Source: an uncultured delta proteobacterium
Lineage (GTDB): Bacteria > Myxococcota_A > Polyangia > Fen-1088
Assembly (NCBI GenBank): GCA_963767925.1
Contig: CAVYGB010000002.1
Coordinates: 1,280,001-1,344,000, forward strand
Length of the DNA stretch: 64,000 nucleotides
Direction of reading: 5' to 3'
The translations under genes were made by a program, and so were the position numbers. This document shows, piece after piece, positions 20,808 to 32,867 of this stretch. The stretch's first letter is position 1, and each line of letters begins with the position of its first letter. Below the pieces are notes generated by a model. The model had not been told where the DNA came from, did no database searches, and saw only the letters and a list, made by a program, of their open reading frames with translations.

Positions 20808-20860
20808 GCCCTCTCCCCGCGGGCGTGTGCGGCCGTGGGGAGAGGGCACGGGGGAGGGGA
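20808..20860. repeat. BoxC/REP-like palindromic element
   Basis: gccctctcccc...ggggagagggc hairpin followed by ggggagggg. Confidence 0.65.
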
Positions 20861-20914
20861 GGTAGCCGACCCGAGCGCCCCCGTCTCGCGGACAGGAGCG
20901 CCGACCGCGGGGAT

Positions 20915-22840
20915 TCAGTTGCGGCCGAGGATCGCGGTGATGTCGGCGGCGTAGGCGCCGCGGGGGGCGAGCTGCAGGTAGCGGCGGTAGCTGGCCCGCG
21001 CCGCGCGCCGGTGGCCCGCCTTGTCGGCGGCGAACCCGAGGAGGGCGTGCGGGTCGGGCAGGGTGGGGTCGAGGTCGACCGCCCTCCGGGCCCACTTCCC
21101 CGCGAGGTCGAAGTGTCCCTGGTCGAGCTCGGCGCGGGCGAGGATCGAAGCGATGGTCGCCGAGTCGGGCAAGGCGAGGAAGGCGCGCGTGCAGACCTCC
21201 ACTGTCCGCGGCGGCCGGTCCAGCGCATGGGCATCGCGACAGGCGTGCACCGCCGAGGGGGTCCGCTCGGGGTAGAGAGACTCGTCGGACGGGAATCCCC
21301 CGCGCGAAGCGGACGGTGCGGGTGCGCCGACCCCGGCGGGCCGGCCAAACGCCGGGGCCGGCCGGGCAGAACCCCACGGGACGCCCGGGTCGGTCGGATC
21401 CGCCGCAGCCAGGTCCCCGCCAGCGGCGGAGGGGCTGGTCGAGTACCGGTCGCCTCCGGAGCGGCTCGACCCCCGGGCGAAGGTCGGGTCCCTCCCGTCG
21501 GGGCCGGTGACGCTCGAGGCGCGCATCTCCCCGCCGGCTGTCGATCGCCCCGAACCCGGACGGACGTTGGGGTCGGTCGAAGGCAGGCCTGCGGCGCTCG
21601 GGCCGCTCGAATACGGGTCGGTGGCATCGTCTCGGGGGTTGGCCCCGGTCGAGCCGGTCGGGTCGTAGCCGTCCGCCGCGGGGCGGGTCGGATCCTGCCC
21701 GGCGGCCGCGCCGGCCCGCTCGAGAGCTCCGACCGGGGCAGAGGTCCGCACAGGCCGGGCCTGGTCCCCGGTCGGCGCGGCTCCGGTCGGCAGCAGGAAG
21801 AGGAGGGCGACGAGGACCGCGGCCACCCCGGCGCCGAGGATCGCGATTCGGAGGTTCCGACGCCGGACCTGCGCCTCCGGGGCCGCCGGCGCGCTCGGGC
21901 GGGGAAACGCCGGCGCCCATCCGAGCGCTGTGCTGCCGGTGCCCCGGTTGTCCTGGATGGTGCCCGACAGGACCGCGCCCCGGCGCTCGACCCCTGGCTC
22001 GCGCGCGGCCGCCACCCGGGTCGGTGACGGCGGCGACGACCGGCGGCGCACCCCTTCCAGCACGAGCGCGCGCGGCGAGGAGCCGACAACATCCCGCCGC
22101 GCGACCGGCCCCCAGGTGACGACGAAGGTCCCCTCCCGGAAGGCGAGCAGCCGGGCGATCGCTTCGCGCCCGGTCAAGCTACCCAGCTCGGCGTCGACCG
22201 CGCTCCCCTCACGGAAGTAGATGATGCCTTCCGTGCCGTCCTCGTTCGCGAGGCGGATAGTACCAGAGCGTCTATTTAATTCAACAGACCGCAAGACGTC
22301 GCCGACCGCGATCTCGCCCAGGCTGCCCTCGAGAGAGGGCCGCGTCGGCACCGCTGTCGAGGCCAGCTCCGCCTGGAGCTGCCGCTGCAGGAGCAGCCGC
22401 GCACGTGCAACGAGCTCGCGCGACCAGACCGGCCGGACGAGCAGGTCGTCCACCGCGACATCGATCGCCTGCGCCCGCGCCGCCAGGGTCCCTCCGTTCG
22501 CCAGCAGCAGCAGCGGCAGCCGCCGCCCGTCGTCATTGCCGCGCGGGCTTTGCGGAGCCCCCGTCGCCCCGAGCTGCCGCCCCACCTCCGCCGCGAACCC
22601 CGAGATCAGGTCCGCGTCCGCAATCAGCAAGTCGACCGGCCGCCGCGCCAGCGCCGCCAGCGCCTCCCCTTCGCTCCCCGCCGGGAGCACCTCGAAGCCC
22701 GCCTCCAGCAGCGCCACCTCGAGCGGCAACCGCGCAGCGGCGTCCGCGTCCGCCAGCACCACGACCGGCCTCCCGTTCCCTCTGCCCGCGTCGTCCATCG
22801 ACAGCTCCGGCCCGACGATCCTATCGGCCATTTCCCCCAT
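20915..22840 (-). CDS. Membrane protein with pseudo-receiver, DUF4388 (PATAN-like), TM helix, low-complexity linker and TPR C-terminus
   Basis: VVLADAD..DLLIAD..DDLLVRP (degenerate REC). LEGSLGEIAVGDVL..RRSGTI..IYFREG..DAE..G.EA..RLL..EGTF (DUF4388). TM IAILGAGVAAVLVALLFLL. YRRYLQLAP TPR. Start codon uncertain. Confidence 0.8.
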   Translation of the reverse strand: MGEMADRIVGPELSMDDAGRGNGRPVVVLADADAAARLPLEVALLEAGFEVLPAGSEGEALAALARRPVDLLIADADLISGFAAEVGRQLGATGAPQSPRGNDDGRRLPLLLLANGGTLAARAQAIDVAVDDLLVRPVWSRELVARARLLLQRQLQAELASTAVPTRPSLEGSLGEIAVGDVLRSVELNRRSGTIRLANEDGTEGIIYFREGSAVDAELGSLTGREAIARLLAFREGTFVVTWGPVARRDVVGSSPRALVLEGVRRRSSPPSPTRVAAAREPGVERRGAVLSGTIQDNRGTGSTALGWAPAFPRPSAPAAPEAQVRRRNLRIAILGAGVAAVLVALLFLLPTGAAPTGDQARPVRTSAPVGALERAGAAAGQDPTRPAADGYDPTGSTGANPRDDATDPYSSGPSAAGLPSTDPNVRPGSGRSTAGGEMRASSVTGPDGRDPTFARGSSRSGGDRYSTSPSAAGGDLAAADPTDPGVPWGSARPAPAFGRPAGVGAPAPSASRGGFPSDESLYPERTPSAVHACRDAHALDRPPRTVEVCTRAFLALPDSATIASILARAELDQGHFDLAGKWARRAVDLDPTLPDPHALLGFAADKAGHRRAARASYRRYLQLAPRGAYAADITAILGRN

Positions 22841-23734
22841 TTGAAGAGCCCACCCCCAGGCCCCGCTCTTCCGGCTCACGCGCCCCGCGTCCCCCAGCAG
22901 CCCCGGGTCCGCATCGACTCGCACCGGCCAGCAGACTCGTGTCTTCTCTCAGCACCCGAGCCGCCCAGCCAAGCGTGGCGTCCCGCCCCGGCGATCTCAC
23001 TCCGGCTATGTGTTTCGTCGTTCGGCGAGGCGTCGTCACACCCCGCAGCCGGCGCCTGGCCAGGCCTGGCTCGGTCGCACCCGGGCGCCCGCTCCCGCCG
23101 GCTGAGCTGACGCGTGAGGCCAGGTTGGTGGTCCGACGACACCCAGTCTGCGGCGGAGCTGTTGTCAGGTTCCTCCGCTGCGCACGCCGGCGAGTGACCG
23201 CTCGGAGCGAATCCGCGCCCGGTCCGGAGGGTCAGGCACCTGGACCCGTCCTCCTGTGACGGCCCGTCATGCCAGAGGCGCCTCGAGGCATGGGGGGCGG
23301 GGCGCCATGCCTTCCGGGGGCGAGCGGCGACCGACCATCTCGAACCAGCCAGCCGAAGGAGGTGGTCGGTGGTGGCCCTGGGGGCGGTGCCGCGGAGCAG
23401 GGGCGCCGGGACCTCGTGGCCAGTGGAAGGGGGTGGAGGTCGGACGGGGCATCGGGCGGAGCGGCTGGTTCGGCCGAACGTCGGGACGGGCAGGCCGGCG
23501 GCCGCCAGCCCGGCCCGCCCGGGCCCGAAGGGGAACTGGCGGACACTGTCTGACTGGGTCTGTCTGGCTTCGGAAAGGGGGGCCAGAGAGAAGCGGGCGG
23601 TCGCGGTGCGGCCGGAGTCGGCCTTGGGACCCGGCCTGGCCCGTGCTCCACCCGGGGGTATCGGAGGCCTCGCGGACGAGGGGGACCCGTGGCCTCTCGC
23701 GGATCCTACCCCCTGTCGGCACTATACTAGCGCG

Positions 23735-24355
23735 GTGCAAGACAAGGACGCGCAGGGCGCCATCGCGGAGGTCGGCGAGCGCCTCGGGAGACCCGTCACG
23801 GAGGGGGAGAGCCGGAGCGTCCTCCGCTTCTTCGAGCTGCTCCTGGTATGGAACCGGAGCATCAACCTCACCGGGGCGCGGGCGGTCGACACCCTCATCG
23901 CCGAACACCTCCCCGACTCCCTGGCCCTCACCCGCCTCGTCCCGGCCGGCCACACCCTGCTGGACGTGGGCGCGGGCGGCGGCCTCCCCGCCATCCCCTT
24001 TGGCCTCCTGCGCCCGGACGTCCCCCTCACCCTGCTCGAACCCAGGACCCGCCGCGCCGCCTTCCTGCGAACCGCCCTCCGTGAGCTCAAGCTCTCCGCC
24101 CAGGTCGACACCCGGCGACTGGAGCAGGTCGAGACCCGCTTCGACGTCCTCTCCGCCCGAGCCGTCCTCCCCCCCGACCCCTGGGTCACCGCCGCCTCGA
24201 CCCGCCTCAACCCCGAGGGCCGCATCATCGTCTACCTCACCGACCCCCTCGACTGGCGCCCCCCACCCCCCTTCCAGGTCGCCGCCTCCATCCCTTACAA
24301 GGCCGCCCACCACAACCGCCTCGCCCTCGCCCTGGCTGTTCCACGTGGAACATGA
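23735..24355 (+). CDS. rsmG: 16S rRNA (guanine527-N7)-methyltransferase
   Basis: LLVWNRSINLT, HLPDSL, LDVGAGGGLPAIP, LLEPRTRRAAFL, SARA. Confidence 0.92.
   Translation: MQDKDAQGAIAEVGERLGRPVTEGESRSVLRFFELLLVWNRSINLTGARAVDTLIAEHLPDSLALTRLVPAGHTLLDVGAGGGLPAIPFGLLRPDVPLTLLEPRTRRAAFLRTALRELKLSAQVDTRRLEQVETRFDVLSARAVLPPDPWVTAASTRLNPEGRIIVYLTDPLDWRPPPPFQVAASIPYKAAHHNRLALALAVPRGT
24337..24352. promoter_or_regulatory. parS centromere site (ParB binding)
   Basis: Perfect 16-bp palindrome TGTTCCACGTGGAACA at the 3' end of rsmG. Confidence 0.9.
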
Positions 24356-26187
24356 CCCGCCTCTGGTGAGACGGGGGTTCGCGATTTCTGCCGGGAGGCC
24401 TCTGCCGCCTGCCGCATACGCCCATCTTTCACCCCTCCCCCCTCGACGCCTACGACCCGGTCCACCCCCGCAGTCAGACGCCGCCCCTCCCCCTCGTCTT
24501 CCTGTCGCCTTCGGACGCCCCCGTCCCACCGACTCGAACCCTGGGGTCCGCGCCCGCGTACCTCGGTCCCCCGGCACCCCCGCCCGCGAGGCGTTCCCTC
24601 GCCCTCTCCCGGTTACCCCCAGCTCCGGCCCCCTCCCTCCCTCTCGGCTCACCTCCCCTGGGGCCGGGCCGCACCCCCGGACTCCTGCTTCTCCACCGAC
24701 CTCCAGGCCGGGATCGGAACGCCCCCGCCCCACTCTGGACCCCACGCATGACCTTGATCGGTCCGCCGGCGTCCCGGCAGCCGGCGGGATCCCCCTCCTG
24801 CTCTGACCCCCGCGCCGGAGCCGCCAGGTCTTGAGCCCCACGCTCCGGCCCCCGGCCCCCCGCCCCCAGCGCTCCCCTCCTCCACCGGGGTCTTCGACAC
24901 CCCCCACACGACCCTCGGGCCGCTTTTCGACCGCCCGGGGTGGGTCCTGGCGCCCCCGCCCGGAGCGGGCGACCCTCCGGTCCCTCTGACCCCGCACCCA
25001 CACCCCCTCCGTCCCTCAAGGACCCAGCCGCCCGGCCACCGTCTCCACCGGCCGGGACGGTCCGCGCCTGGTCGTTGACGCCCCACCATCGACGCGAGGC
25101 TCGAACGCCCCCAACCGCCGGCCCCTCCCTGAACCCGGAGCGCCCAGAGCGCCGCGCGGGACCGCCAACGACACCAGGCCTCGGACCCGCCCCGGACCCC
25201 CCGGCTCCGACCCAGCCCGCTCGCGGCCTGGCCCCAGGGCCGCCCAGGCCGTCCGCCCCTCGCGGCGTGGTCCGCCCCCCGCTCCGCTTGCCCAGCTGCC
25301 CTCCCCGCCGGGACCCGGACGCAAGACCGAGCGCGGGCCGCGTCCGCTGACGCCTTTCCATCCATCCCCCGGGTTCCAGCGCCCCCCACCCGCCGGCCCC
25401 CGGCCCGAGCCAGGACCGCCCGGAGGGCCGCGGAGGGACCGCCTACGACACCGTGCCTCGCACCCGGCCCGGGCCCCTCCCGGTCCGACCCGGCTCGCTC
25501 GCGGCCTGACCCGAAGCCGCCAAGCCCTCCGCCCCCCAACTGCGTTGTTCGCCCCCGCTCCACCTGGTCCGATGCCCAGTTCCTCCGGGAACTCGGTACC
25601 CGGTGCACGGATCCCGTTCGGGGTCCGTGCAGCGGGTACGGAACTCGGACGCGCCGCCACGCGCACCCTACCCGGGCAAAGGAGGAGCCCCCCCGTCCGA
25701 CGCCAAGCCCCCTCTTGCCAGGCTGCGCTACCAAGCCCGTTCACCGGCAGCTCCCCTGGCCTCGCCGCTGCCGGTCCCCCGCGTCTCCCCGCGGTACCCC
25801 CGGACGCCCCCCCCGGGCGGCCCAGGGGTCCGGCCGCCGCCACCCGGGCACTGACCCCCTTCCACCTCGCCGCACGGCACCTCCGCCCAATAGCGAGCCG
25901 GGTGGCCCCCGGCTCTGACCGGAACGGTGACCTTCCTCCCCGACCGGGCGGCGTCCCCCGCCTGCTCGGACGCCGACCAGACCGACGCCCACTCTCAACT
26001 GCTCCAGGCTCCCGACTGCGCCCTTCCTCTTCGGGCCACCTCCCCGACTGAAGCGCCCACCTTGCGGTCCCGCCGGCCGTCTCGGGCTCCCTGCTTCCGC
26101 TCGCCCTTTCCCGCCGGGCCCGAGGTCAGTCGGGACGCCGGACCCCGCTCTACGGGGTCGATGCTCCGCCACTTTCCTCTCCGCAGA

Positions 26188-26203
26188 TGTTCCACGTGGA
26201 ACG
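26188..26203. promoter_or_regulatory. parS centromere site (ParB binding)
   Basis: TGTTCCACGTGGAACG immediately upstream of the bioF ATG. Confidence 0.9.
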
Positions 26204-27418
26204 ATGCGATCGCGTATCGTGGGCCCAGTGTTGCCCTCCTTCTCCGAGGCCCTGGCCCACGAGCTGGCCGGGCTGGCGGCGCGGGACCGCCTCCGCCGCT
26301 GTCCGCCACTCGAGGCTCAGCCCGGCCCGCCCAGCCGAACGCACGCAGCCCTCCAGGGGCGTTCGGTCGTCAGCTTCTGCTCGAACGACTACCTCGGACT
26401 CGCCTGCCACCCCGGGCTGATCGAGGCGGCCTCCGTCACGGCTTCCCTCACCGGCTTCGGGGCAGCCTCCGCGCGCCTGGTCTCCGGCGACCTCCCGGAG
26501 CACCGCTCGCTCGAACAAGCCGCCGCCAGCTTTGTCGGCCTCCCCTCCGCCCTCGCCTTCCCCACTGGCTACCAGACCAACCTGGGCGTCCTCGCCACCC
26601 TGGCCAACGGCAGCGACCTCATCGTCTCCGACGCGGCCAACCATGCCAGCATCATCGATGGCTGCCGGCTCTCCCGCGCCTCCGTCCGGGTCTACCCGCA
26701 CCTGGACGTCACCGCTGCGCGCTCCGCCCTGACCGAGCGCGCCTCCACCTACCGCCGGCGCATCCTCGTCACCGAATCGCTCTTCAGCATGGACGGCGAC
26801 GTCGCCCCGCTGGCCGACCTGGCCGAGCTGGCCCGCGCCACCGACTCCATCCTGGTCGTGGATGAAGCCCACGCTGTGGGCGCCCTCGGTCCCTCCGGCC
26901 GGGGAATGTGCGCAGCCGCCGGCGTGACACCCGACGCCCTCATCGGCACCTTCGGAAAGGCCTTCGGCTGCTTCGGCGCCTTCGCCGCCGGCGCGCCCGA
27001 GCTGACCGCCATCCTCCAGAACCGCGCCCGCACTTTCATGTTCACGACCGCGCCCCCGCCCGCGCTCGCCGCCGCCGCCACCGCCGCCATCGGCATCGTG
27101 CTCGGGCCCGAGGGCGACCGCCGGCGGGCCACCTTGCGCCGACACATCCGCTGGCTCGAGGAGCGACTCTCCACCCGCACCCGCGCCCCCGTGCGCCTCC
27201 ACCCCACGCCGATCATCCCCGTCGTCCTCGGCGATGACAGCCGCGCCCTCGCCGCCAGCCGGGCCTTGCTCGAGCGGGGCATCTTCCTCCAGCCCATCCG
27301 GCCGCCCACCGTCCCCGAAGGGACCGCCCGCCTGCGCGTCACCCTCTCCGCCGACCACACCCCCGAGGAAGTCGCGGCGCTGGGCGACGCCCTCGCCGAG
27401 CTGCTCGCCGGAACGTGA
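26204..27418 (+). CDS. bioF: 8-amino-7-oxononanoate synthase
   Basis: [65 protein letters not shown]. Confidence 0.95.
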   Translation: MRSRIVGPVLPSFSEALAHELAGLAARDRLRRCPPLEAQPGPPSRTHAALQGRSVVSFCSNDYLGLACHPGLIEAASVTASLTGFGAASARLVSGDLPEHRSLEQAAASFVGLPSALAFPTGYQTNLGVLATLANGSDLIVSDAANHASIIDGCRLSRASVRVYPHLDVTAARSALTERASTYRRRILVTESLFSMDGDVAPLADLAELARATDSILVVDEAHAVGALGPSGRGMCAAAGVTPDALIGTFGKAFGCFGAFAAGAPELTAILQNRARTFMFTTAPPPALAAAATAAIGIVLGPEGDRRRATLRRHIRWLEERLSTRTRAPVRLHPTPIIPVVLGDDSRALAASRALLERGIFLQPIRPPTVPEGTARLRVTLSADHTPEEVAALGDALAELLAGT

Positions 27419-28095
27419 AACCCGGGCTGTTCGTCACCGGCACCGACACGGGCGTCGGCAAGACCGTCGTGAGCGGCGGCCTCCTCCGCCTGCTCGCCCG
27501 CGCCGGCCGCAACCCGGTTCCCTTCAAGCCCGTCGAGACCGGCTGCGGCCGCGGGAGACCTGCCGACGCCCGCGCCCTCCGCGCCGCCGCTCGGCGCCCC
27601 GACATCGATCTTTCCGCCGTATGCCCCATTACCTTTCCTGCGCCGGTCGCCCCGGCCGCCGCCGCCGCGAGCAAGGGTACCGTCCTCCGCCCCGCTGACT
27701 TCCGCGCCGCCTACCGCCGCCTCCTCCCCCTCGGCACCTGCATCGTCGTCGAAGGCGCCGGCGGCCTCCTCTCTCCCTACGGACCGCGCTTCACCGGCGC
27801 CGACCTCGCCCGCCTCCTCGGCCTGCCCGTCCTCCTCATCGCCCGCAACGCCCTCGGCACGATCAACCACACCGCCCTCGCCCTCGCCGAGATCCGCCGG
27901 CGCCAGCTTCCGCTCGCCGGCTACCTCCTCGTCACGACCCAGCCCACCCGCGGCCTCGCCCTGCAGCGAAACGCCGAGCTCCTCACGACCCTCACGGGCC
28001 TTCCTCCCCTCGCCGTCCTCCCTCACCTCCCCGACCCCACCCCCGACCGCGTCGCCGACCAGCTCGCCCGCCTCCTCCCCCGCCCCCTCCTCTGA
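27415..28095 (+). CDS. bioD: Dethiobiotin synthetase
   Basis: FVTGTDTGVGKT, KPVETG, VEGAGG, LGTINH. GTGA overlap with bioF. Confidence 0.95.
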   Translation: MKPGLFVTGTDTGVGKTVVSGGLLRLLARAGRNPVPFKPVETGCGRGRPADARALRAAARRPDIDLSAVCPITFPAPVAPAAAAASKGTVLRPADFRAAYRRLLPLGTCIVVEGAGGLLSPYGPRFTGADLARLLGLPVLLIARNALGTINHTALALAEIRRRQLPLAGYLLVTTQPTRGLALQRNAELLTTLTGLPPLAVLPHLPDPTPDRVADQLARLLPRPLL

Positions 28096-29193
28096 TCCAC
28101 CGGTCGACCGCGCCGCCTGTCTCCGCTGCCGACCTCCGATCCGCCGCGAGCCCACCCGCTCCGTGCCATGCCTCCCGACCGCCGCCCTGGGCACCGTTCA
28201 CATGCCGACCCGGACCGCCTCCGCACCAGCGGTGCGCGCGCCAGCGAGTAGCGCGACTATCTGATCCCCGTTTCCCCGGCGCCGCCCACCCTGCGACCGC
28301 CCGACGCCACTCGCCCGGCTCGCCTGGACGCCGATCGGGATCGTCCCAGCCAACGTGCGTGCACTCCCTGGTGGCGTGGCTACCGAGCCTTCCGCGCGCG
28401 CCCCCGAGCGCCGACCGTGGAACCCCTCCAAACCAAAGTCCGCACGCGCAGAGCCGCGACCAGTGACGACTCTCCGAGCCGACCAGACTGCTCGCTGGGT
28501 TCGCCCCCAGCGCCTGCGAGACGACCAAATCGGTCGACGGCAAACGCCCTCGCCAGCGCGCCCGTACCGGGTCCTCTACGCGTGACATTCCGACGCCCGT
28601 CACGCTCGCCCCAGCCGTCCACCGCGACCGCGCACACGACCACCTCGCCACCCGGACGGGCGCGGACCACCGAGGACGCCCCTACATCCTTGTAGCGACG
28701 ATTGCGGGCAACCCGGCCGCTGTCGGGCTGGACGTCGGCTGCGGTAACCGCCGTCTGCTCGAGCCCGCCCGCCCCCGCCGGTCAGCGCCTCGAAGCCTCG
28801 CGCTCCCGCACGAGCACCGGTCCTGGCCGTCGCCCCGTTCCACACGCAACCCTGCCCGACGGCTCAGGGGACCGAGCGGCCCCACCAGGCGGCCACCTCC
28901 CGGTCCGCGTCCCGCCTCCACCAAATCAGCGCGAAAAGCCCACTGCCAGACCCCCCTCGAAGCGGACTACCGCCGAGGCCCTCCCCACGCTGGACGGACG
29001 CCTCCGCACCCTCCTACCCGCGCCGCCTTGGTCGAGCACCCGCCTGGGTTTCGCGCCGATCCCGCGCCTGGGAGAGCGCTGGCCCGCAGCGATCGTCCGC
29101 GGGACCGCTTCACCTGACAACCGCCGCCGGCCCACGGAGACCACACCCATCACCCCTCCAGATCGGAACACCCGCCCCTTCGGGCGGCGCCGA

Positions 29194-29688
29194 TCAGGGA
29201 GCGGCCTGGGCGGAGGTACGGCGCTTCGGGAAGATCACCACGCGGCGGGCGGGGCCTTCGCCCTCCGACTCCGTCGTCACGGCCGGGTGGTCGGCGAGGG
29301 CCATGTGGACCACGCGGCGATCGTGCGGGCTCATCGGTTCCACGGGGACCGGCCGACCCGACCGCTGGGCCTTCTCTGCCAGCCGCTTCGCCAGATCGAT
29401 CAGCGAGTCCTCGCGGCGGCCACGGTAGCCCTCCGCATCTACGACAACCAGCGGGCGCTCGCCCGGCTGCTTGAAAACGATCCGGTTCACCAGGTACTGG
29501 AGCGCATCGAGGGTCGAGCCCTTCTTGCCGATCACCAGTCCCGACTCGGCGCCGTGCGCATCAAGAATGATGCGTTCGCCGTCGTCGAACGCGCTGACCT
29601 CCGCCTCCACGCCCATGCGCTCGAGAACGTTGCGCAGAACGTCAGCTGCCTTCTCTCGCAAGTTTGCCAATGCCGAGCTGTCGCTCAT
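29194..29688 (-). CDS. jag: Jag/EloR/KhpB-type RNA-binding protein (KH + R3H, no Jag_N domain)
   Basis: GLVIGKKGSTLDALQYL (KH), DAEGYR.RRE.SL, PMSPHDRRVVH (R3H), SEGEG..RRVV. SD ggagg upstream. Confidence 0.9.
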   Translation of the reverse strand: MSDSSALANLREKAADVLRNVLERMGVEAEVSAFDDGERIILDAHGAESGLVIGKKGSTLDALQYLVNRIVFKQPGERPLVVVDAEGYRGRREDSLIDLAKRLAEKAQRSGRPVPVEPMSPHDRRVVHMALADHPAVTTESEGEGPARRVVIFPKRRTSAQAAP

Positions 29689-29706
29689 GACGCCTCCAAG
29701 GCTTCT

Positions 29707-30276
29707 TCAGATCGTGAAAGTCGCTATCGGGGTCGGGAGCGCCGGTGGGGCCCCGCGCGCCGCAGACTCCGCCGCGGCTCCTGGCCTTGGCAGCGCTGGC
29801 TTCGCCTCAGAAGGTTGCTCTGGCGCTTCCCGTGTCACCGACGAAGTCGTGGTCGGCGTGTTCATTTCCCCCTCCCCTTTCCCCCCAGAGGTCGTCAGCT
29901 CTTCCGAAGAACGGACCTCCCCCCGAATCTTCTCTTCTGGCCGATTTGTTGGCCGAGCTTCAGGCCGGCGCTTCGGGGTGACCGCCCGTGCGGACGGATC
30001 CGAAGCGACCTTTACCTTCGTCCTGGCCGCTGTCTTATGCGCTGCCTTGACCGCCGGCTTGGAGGCAACCCTGGTCGCCGGCCCCTTGGCCGTCCCCTTG
30101 GTCGTCCCCTTGGTCTTGGGCGGCGCGGCCTTCGTCTCGGCCTTGACCCGAGGCGCGGCGGCGCGCGCCTTCCCGGAGCGCGGCGCCCGCTTGGCCTTCG
30201 TGCCCTTCGATGGAACGGCGGGGGGGCGTCCTCCTGCCCTCGCGCCAGCCGTTTTCTTCTTCTTCGACGCGGCCAT
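29707..30276 (-). CDS. Lys/Ala/Pro-rich basic protein, histone H1-like low complexity
   Basis: MAASKKKKTAG..KAKRAPR..KTKGTTKGTAKG..KPAVKAAHKTAARTK. Consistent AAG codons. Sits directly upstream of jag. Confidence 0.6.
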   Translation of the reverse strand: MAASKKKKTAGARAGGRPPAVPSKGTKAKRAPRSGKARAAAPRVKAETKAAPPKTKGTTKGTAKGPATRVASKPAVKAAHKTAARTKVKVASDPSARAVTPKRRPEARPTNRPEEKIRGEVRSSEELTTSGGKGEGEMNTPTTTSSVTREAPEQPSEAKPALPRPGAAAESAARGAPPALPTPIATFTI

Positions 30277-30425
30277 ACCCAAAAGTTCGCTCTCACCCTA
30301 CTGTCGCCGGAACCGCTGTGTCAACAGATACGGCTTGAATTCAAGGATCTTGCCGCTTAGCATCCGCCGTCGCTGAGTCGTCATTCCAAGAGCGGATTCC
30401 AGACCACGTTCCACCCAGGCCGACC

Positions 30426-31928
<1,503 letters not shown>

Positions 31929-31989
31929 CCGGGCCCGCCCGAACCGGGCGGAATAGTACGGCCCCGGCTTGATTTAGTACTCAGGCAAG

Positions 31990-32029
31990 CGCTATAGCCT
32001 TGACTATAGCGATATAGGGGTGGTAGAGT
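31990..32029 (+). promoter_or_regulatory. Probable sigma70 promoter of cdnL with an overlapping inverted repeat
   Basis: TTGACT (32000-32005), 18 bp spacer, TAGAGT (32024-32029) with a TGn extension. Palindrome CGCTATAG-N6-CTATAGCG (31990-32011). Confidence 0.6.
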
Positions 32030-32083
32030 TCGCGCGCCTCGACACAGAGGCGCTTTTTTCGTAACCACCAGGAGAACAGGTAA

Positions 32084-32575
32084 ATGGAGCCGACTTTCCG
32101 CGTGGGGGACCTGGCCGTCTATCCGGCACATGGCGTGGCACAGATCATCGGTGTCGAAACGCGCGAGATCTCGTCGAGCAAGCAGACCTTCTACATCCTG
32201 AAGATCCTCGACAACGGGATGAAGATCATGATCCCGACGAAGAACGCCGCCGCCGTCGGCCTGCGCGAGCTCATCCGCGAGGAAGAGGTCGACGAGGTCT
32301 TCGAGATCCTGAAGAGCCGGGAAGTCGCCGTCGAGGGCCAGACCTGGAACCGCCGCTACCGCGAGTACATGGAGAAGATCAAGACCGGCTCGGTCTTCGA
32401 GATCGCCGAGGTCCTCCGCGACCTCCAGCGCCTCAAGGGCGACAAGGAGCTCTCCTTCGGCGAGCGCAAGATGCTCGACACCGCGCGCACCCTCCTCGTA
32501 AAGGAGATCGCCGTGGCCACCAAGTCGAAGGAAGTAAAGATCGAGGAGAAGCTGAACCGCATCTTCGCCTGCTGA
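32084..32575 (+). CDS. cdnL: CarD/CdnL-family RNA-polymerase-binding transcription factor
   Basis: FRVGDLAVYPAHGV, VGLR, WNRRYREYMEKIKTGS, EIAEVLRDL, LSFGERKMLDTAR.LLVKE. No HMGA-like tail. SD aggag. Confidence 0.93.
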   Translation: MEPTFRVGDLAVYPAHGVAQIIGVETREISSSKQTFYILKILDNGMKIMIPTKNAAAVGLRELIREEEVDEVFEILKSREVAVEGQTWNRRYREYMEKIKTGSVFEIAEVLRDLQRLKGDKELSFGERKMLDTARTLLVKEIAVATKSKEVKIEEKLNRIFAC

Positions 32576-32597
32576 CCGTCGCGGCATCGCCCGCCCG

Positions 32598-32627
32598 CAA
32601 ACCCCGGAGTGTTCCTCCGGGGTTTTT
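32598..32627 (+). terminator. Rho-independent terminator after cdnL
   Basis: aaaccccggag-tgttc-ctccggggttttt hairpin with U-tract. Confidence 0.8.
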
Positions 32628-32739
32628 GCATTTCGGGGGCAAGGGAGCGACGGGGCGTCCTGAGGAGTTGGACGCAACGACAGGAGTGCCTCGTGACTCC
32701 GCGGACATAGGGGCCTCGTGACTCCGCGGACGGCTCACC

Positions 32740-32867
32740 TCTGCGCAGGGAAACGGTGAAGTCAGCGATTTACCGCGCGGTCGCTCGGGCCATTTCCATA
32801 GCATCTGCGCAGGGAAACGGTGAAGTCAGCGATTTACCGCGCGGTCGCTCGGGCCATTTCCATAGCA
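32740..32867. repeat. Perfect 64-bp tandem duplication, preceded by an ~18-bp direct repeat cctcgtgactccgcggac x2 at ~32689-32731
   Basis: tctgcgcagggaaacggtgaagtcagcgatttaccgcgcggtcgctcgggccatttccatagca at 32740-32803 and 32804-32867. Confidence 0.92.

Noticed and set aside
19446..21920. 824-aa extended TsaD
   Set aside because: The canonical MLVLGIETSCD start is at 20492; the upstream part overlaps another gene and a repeat.
24525..24550. tRNA T-loop-like GGTTCGAGTC (minus strand); also gttcaatccc near 35846
   Set aside because: No T-stem pairing or cloverleaf can be built around either.
24356..26187. Long Pro/Arg/Gly-rich ORFs on both strands
   Set aside because: Low-complexity shadow ORFs of GC-rich DNA without codon bias or motifs.
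32689..32867. CRISPR array
   Set aside because: Only two copies per repeat, no unique spacers of regular length and no cas genes.
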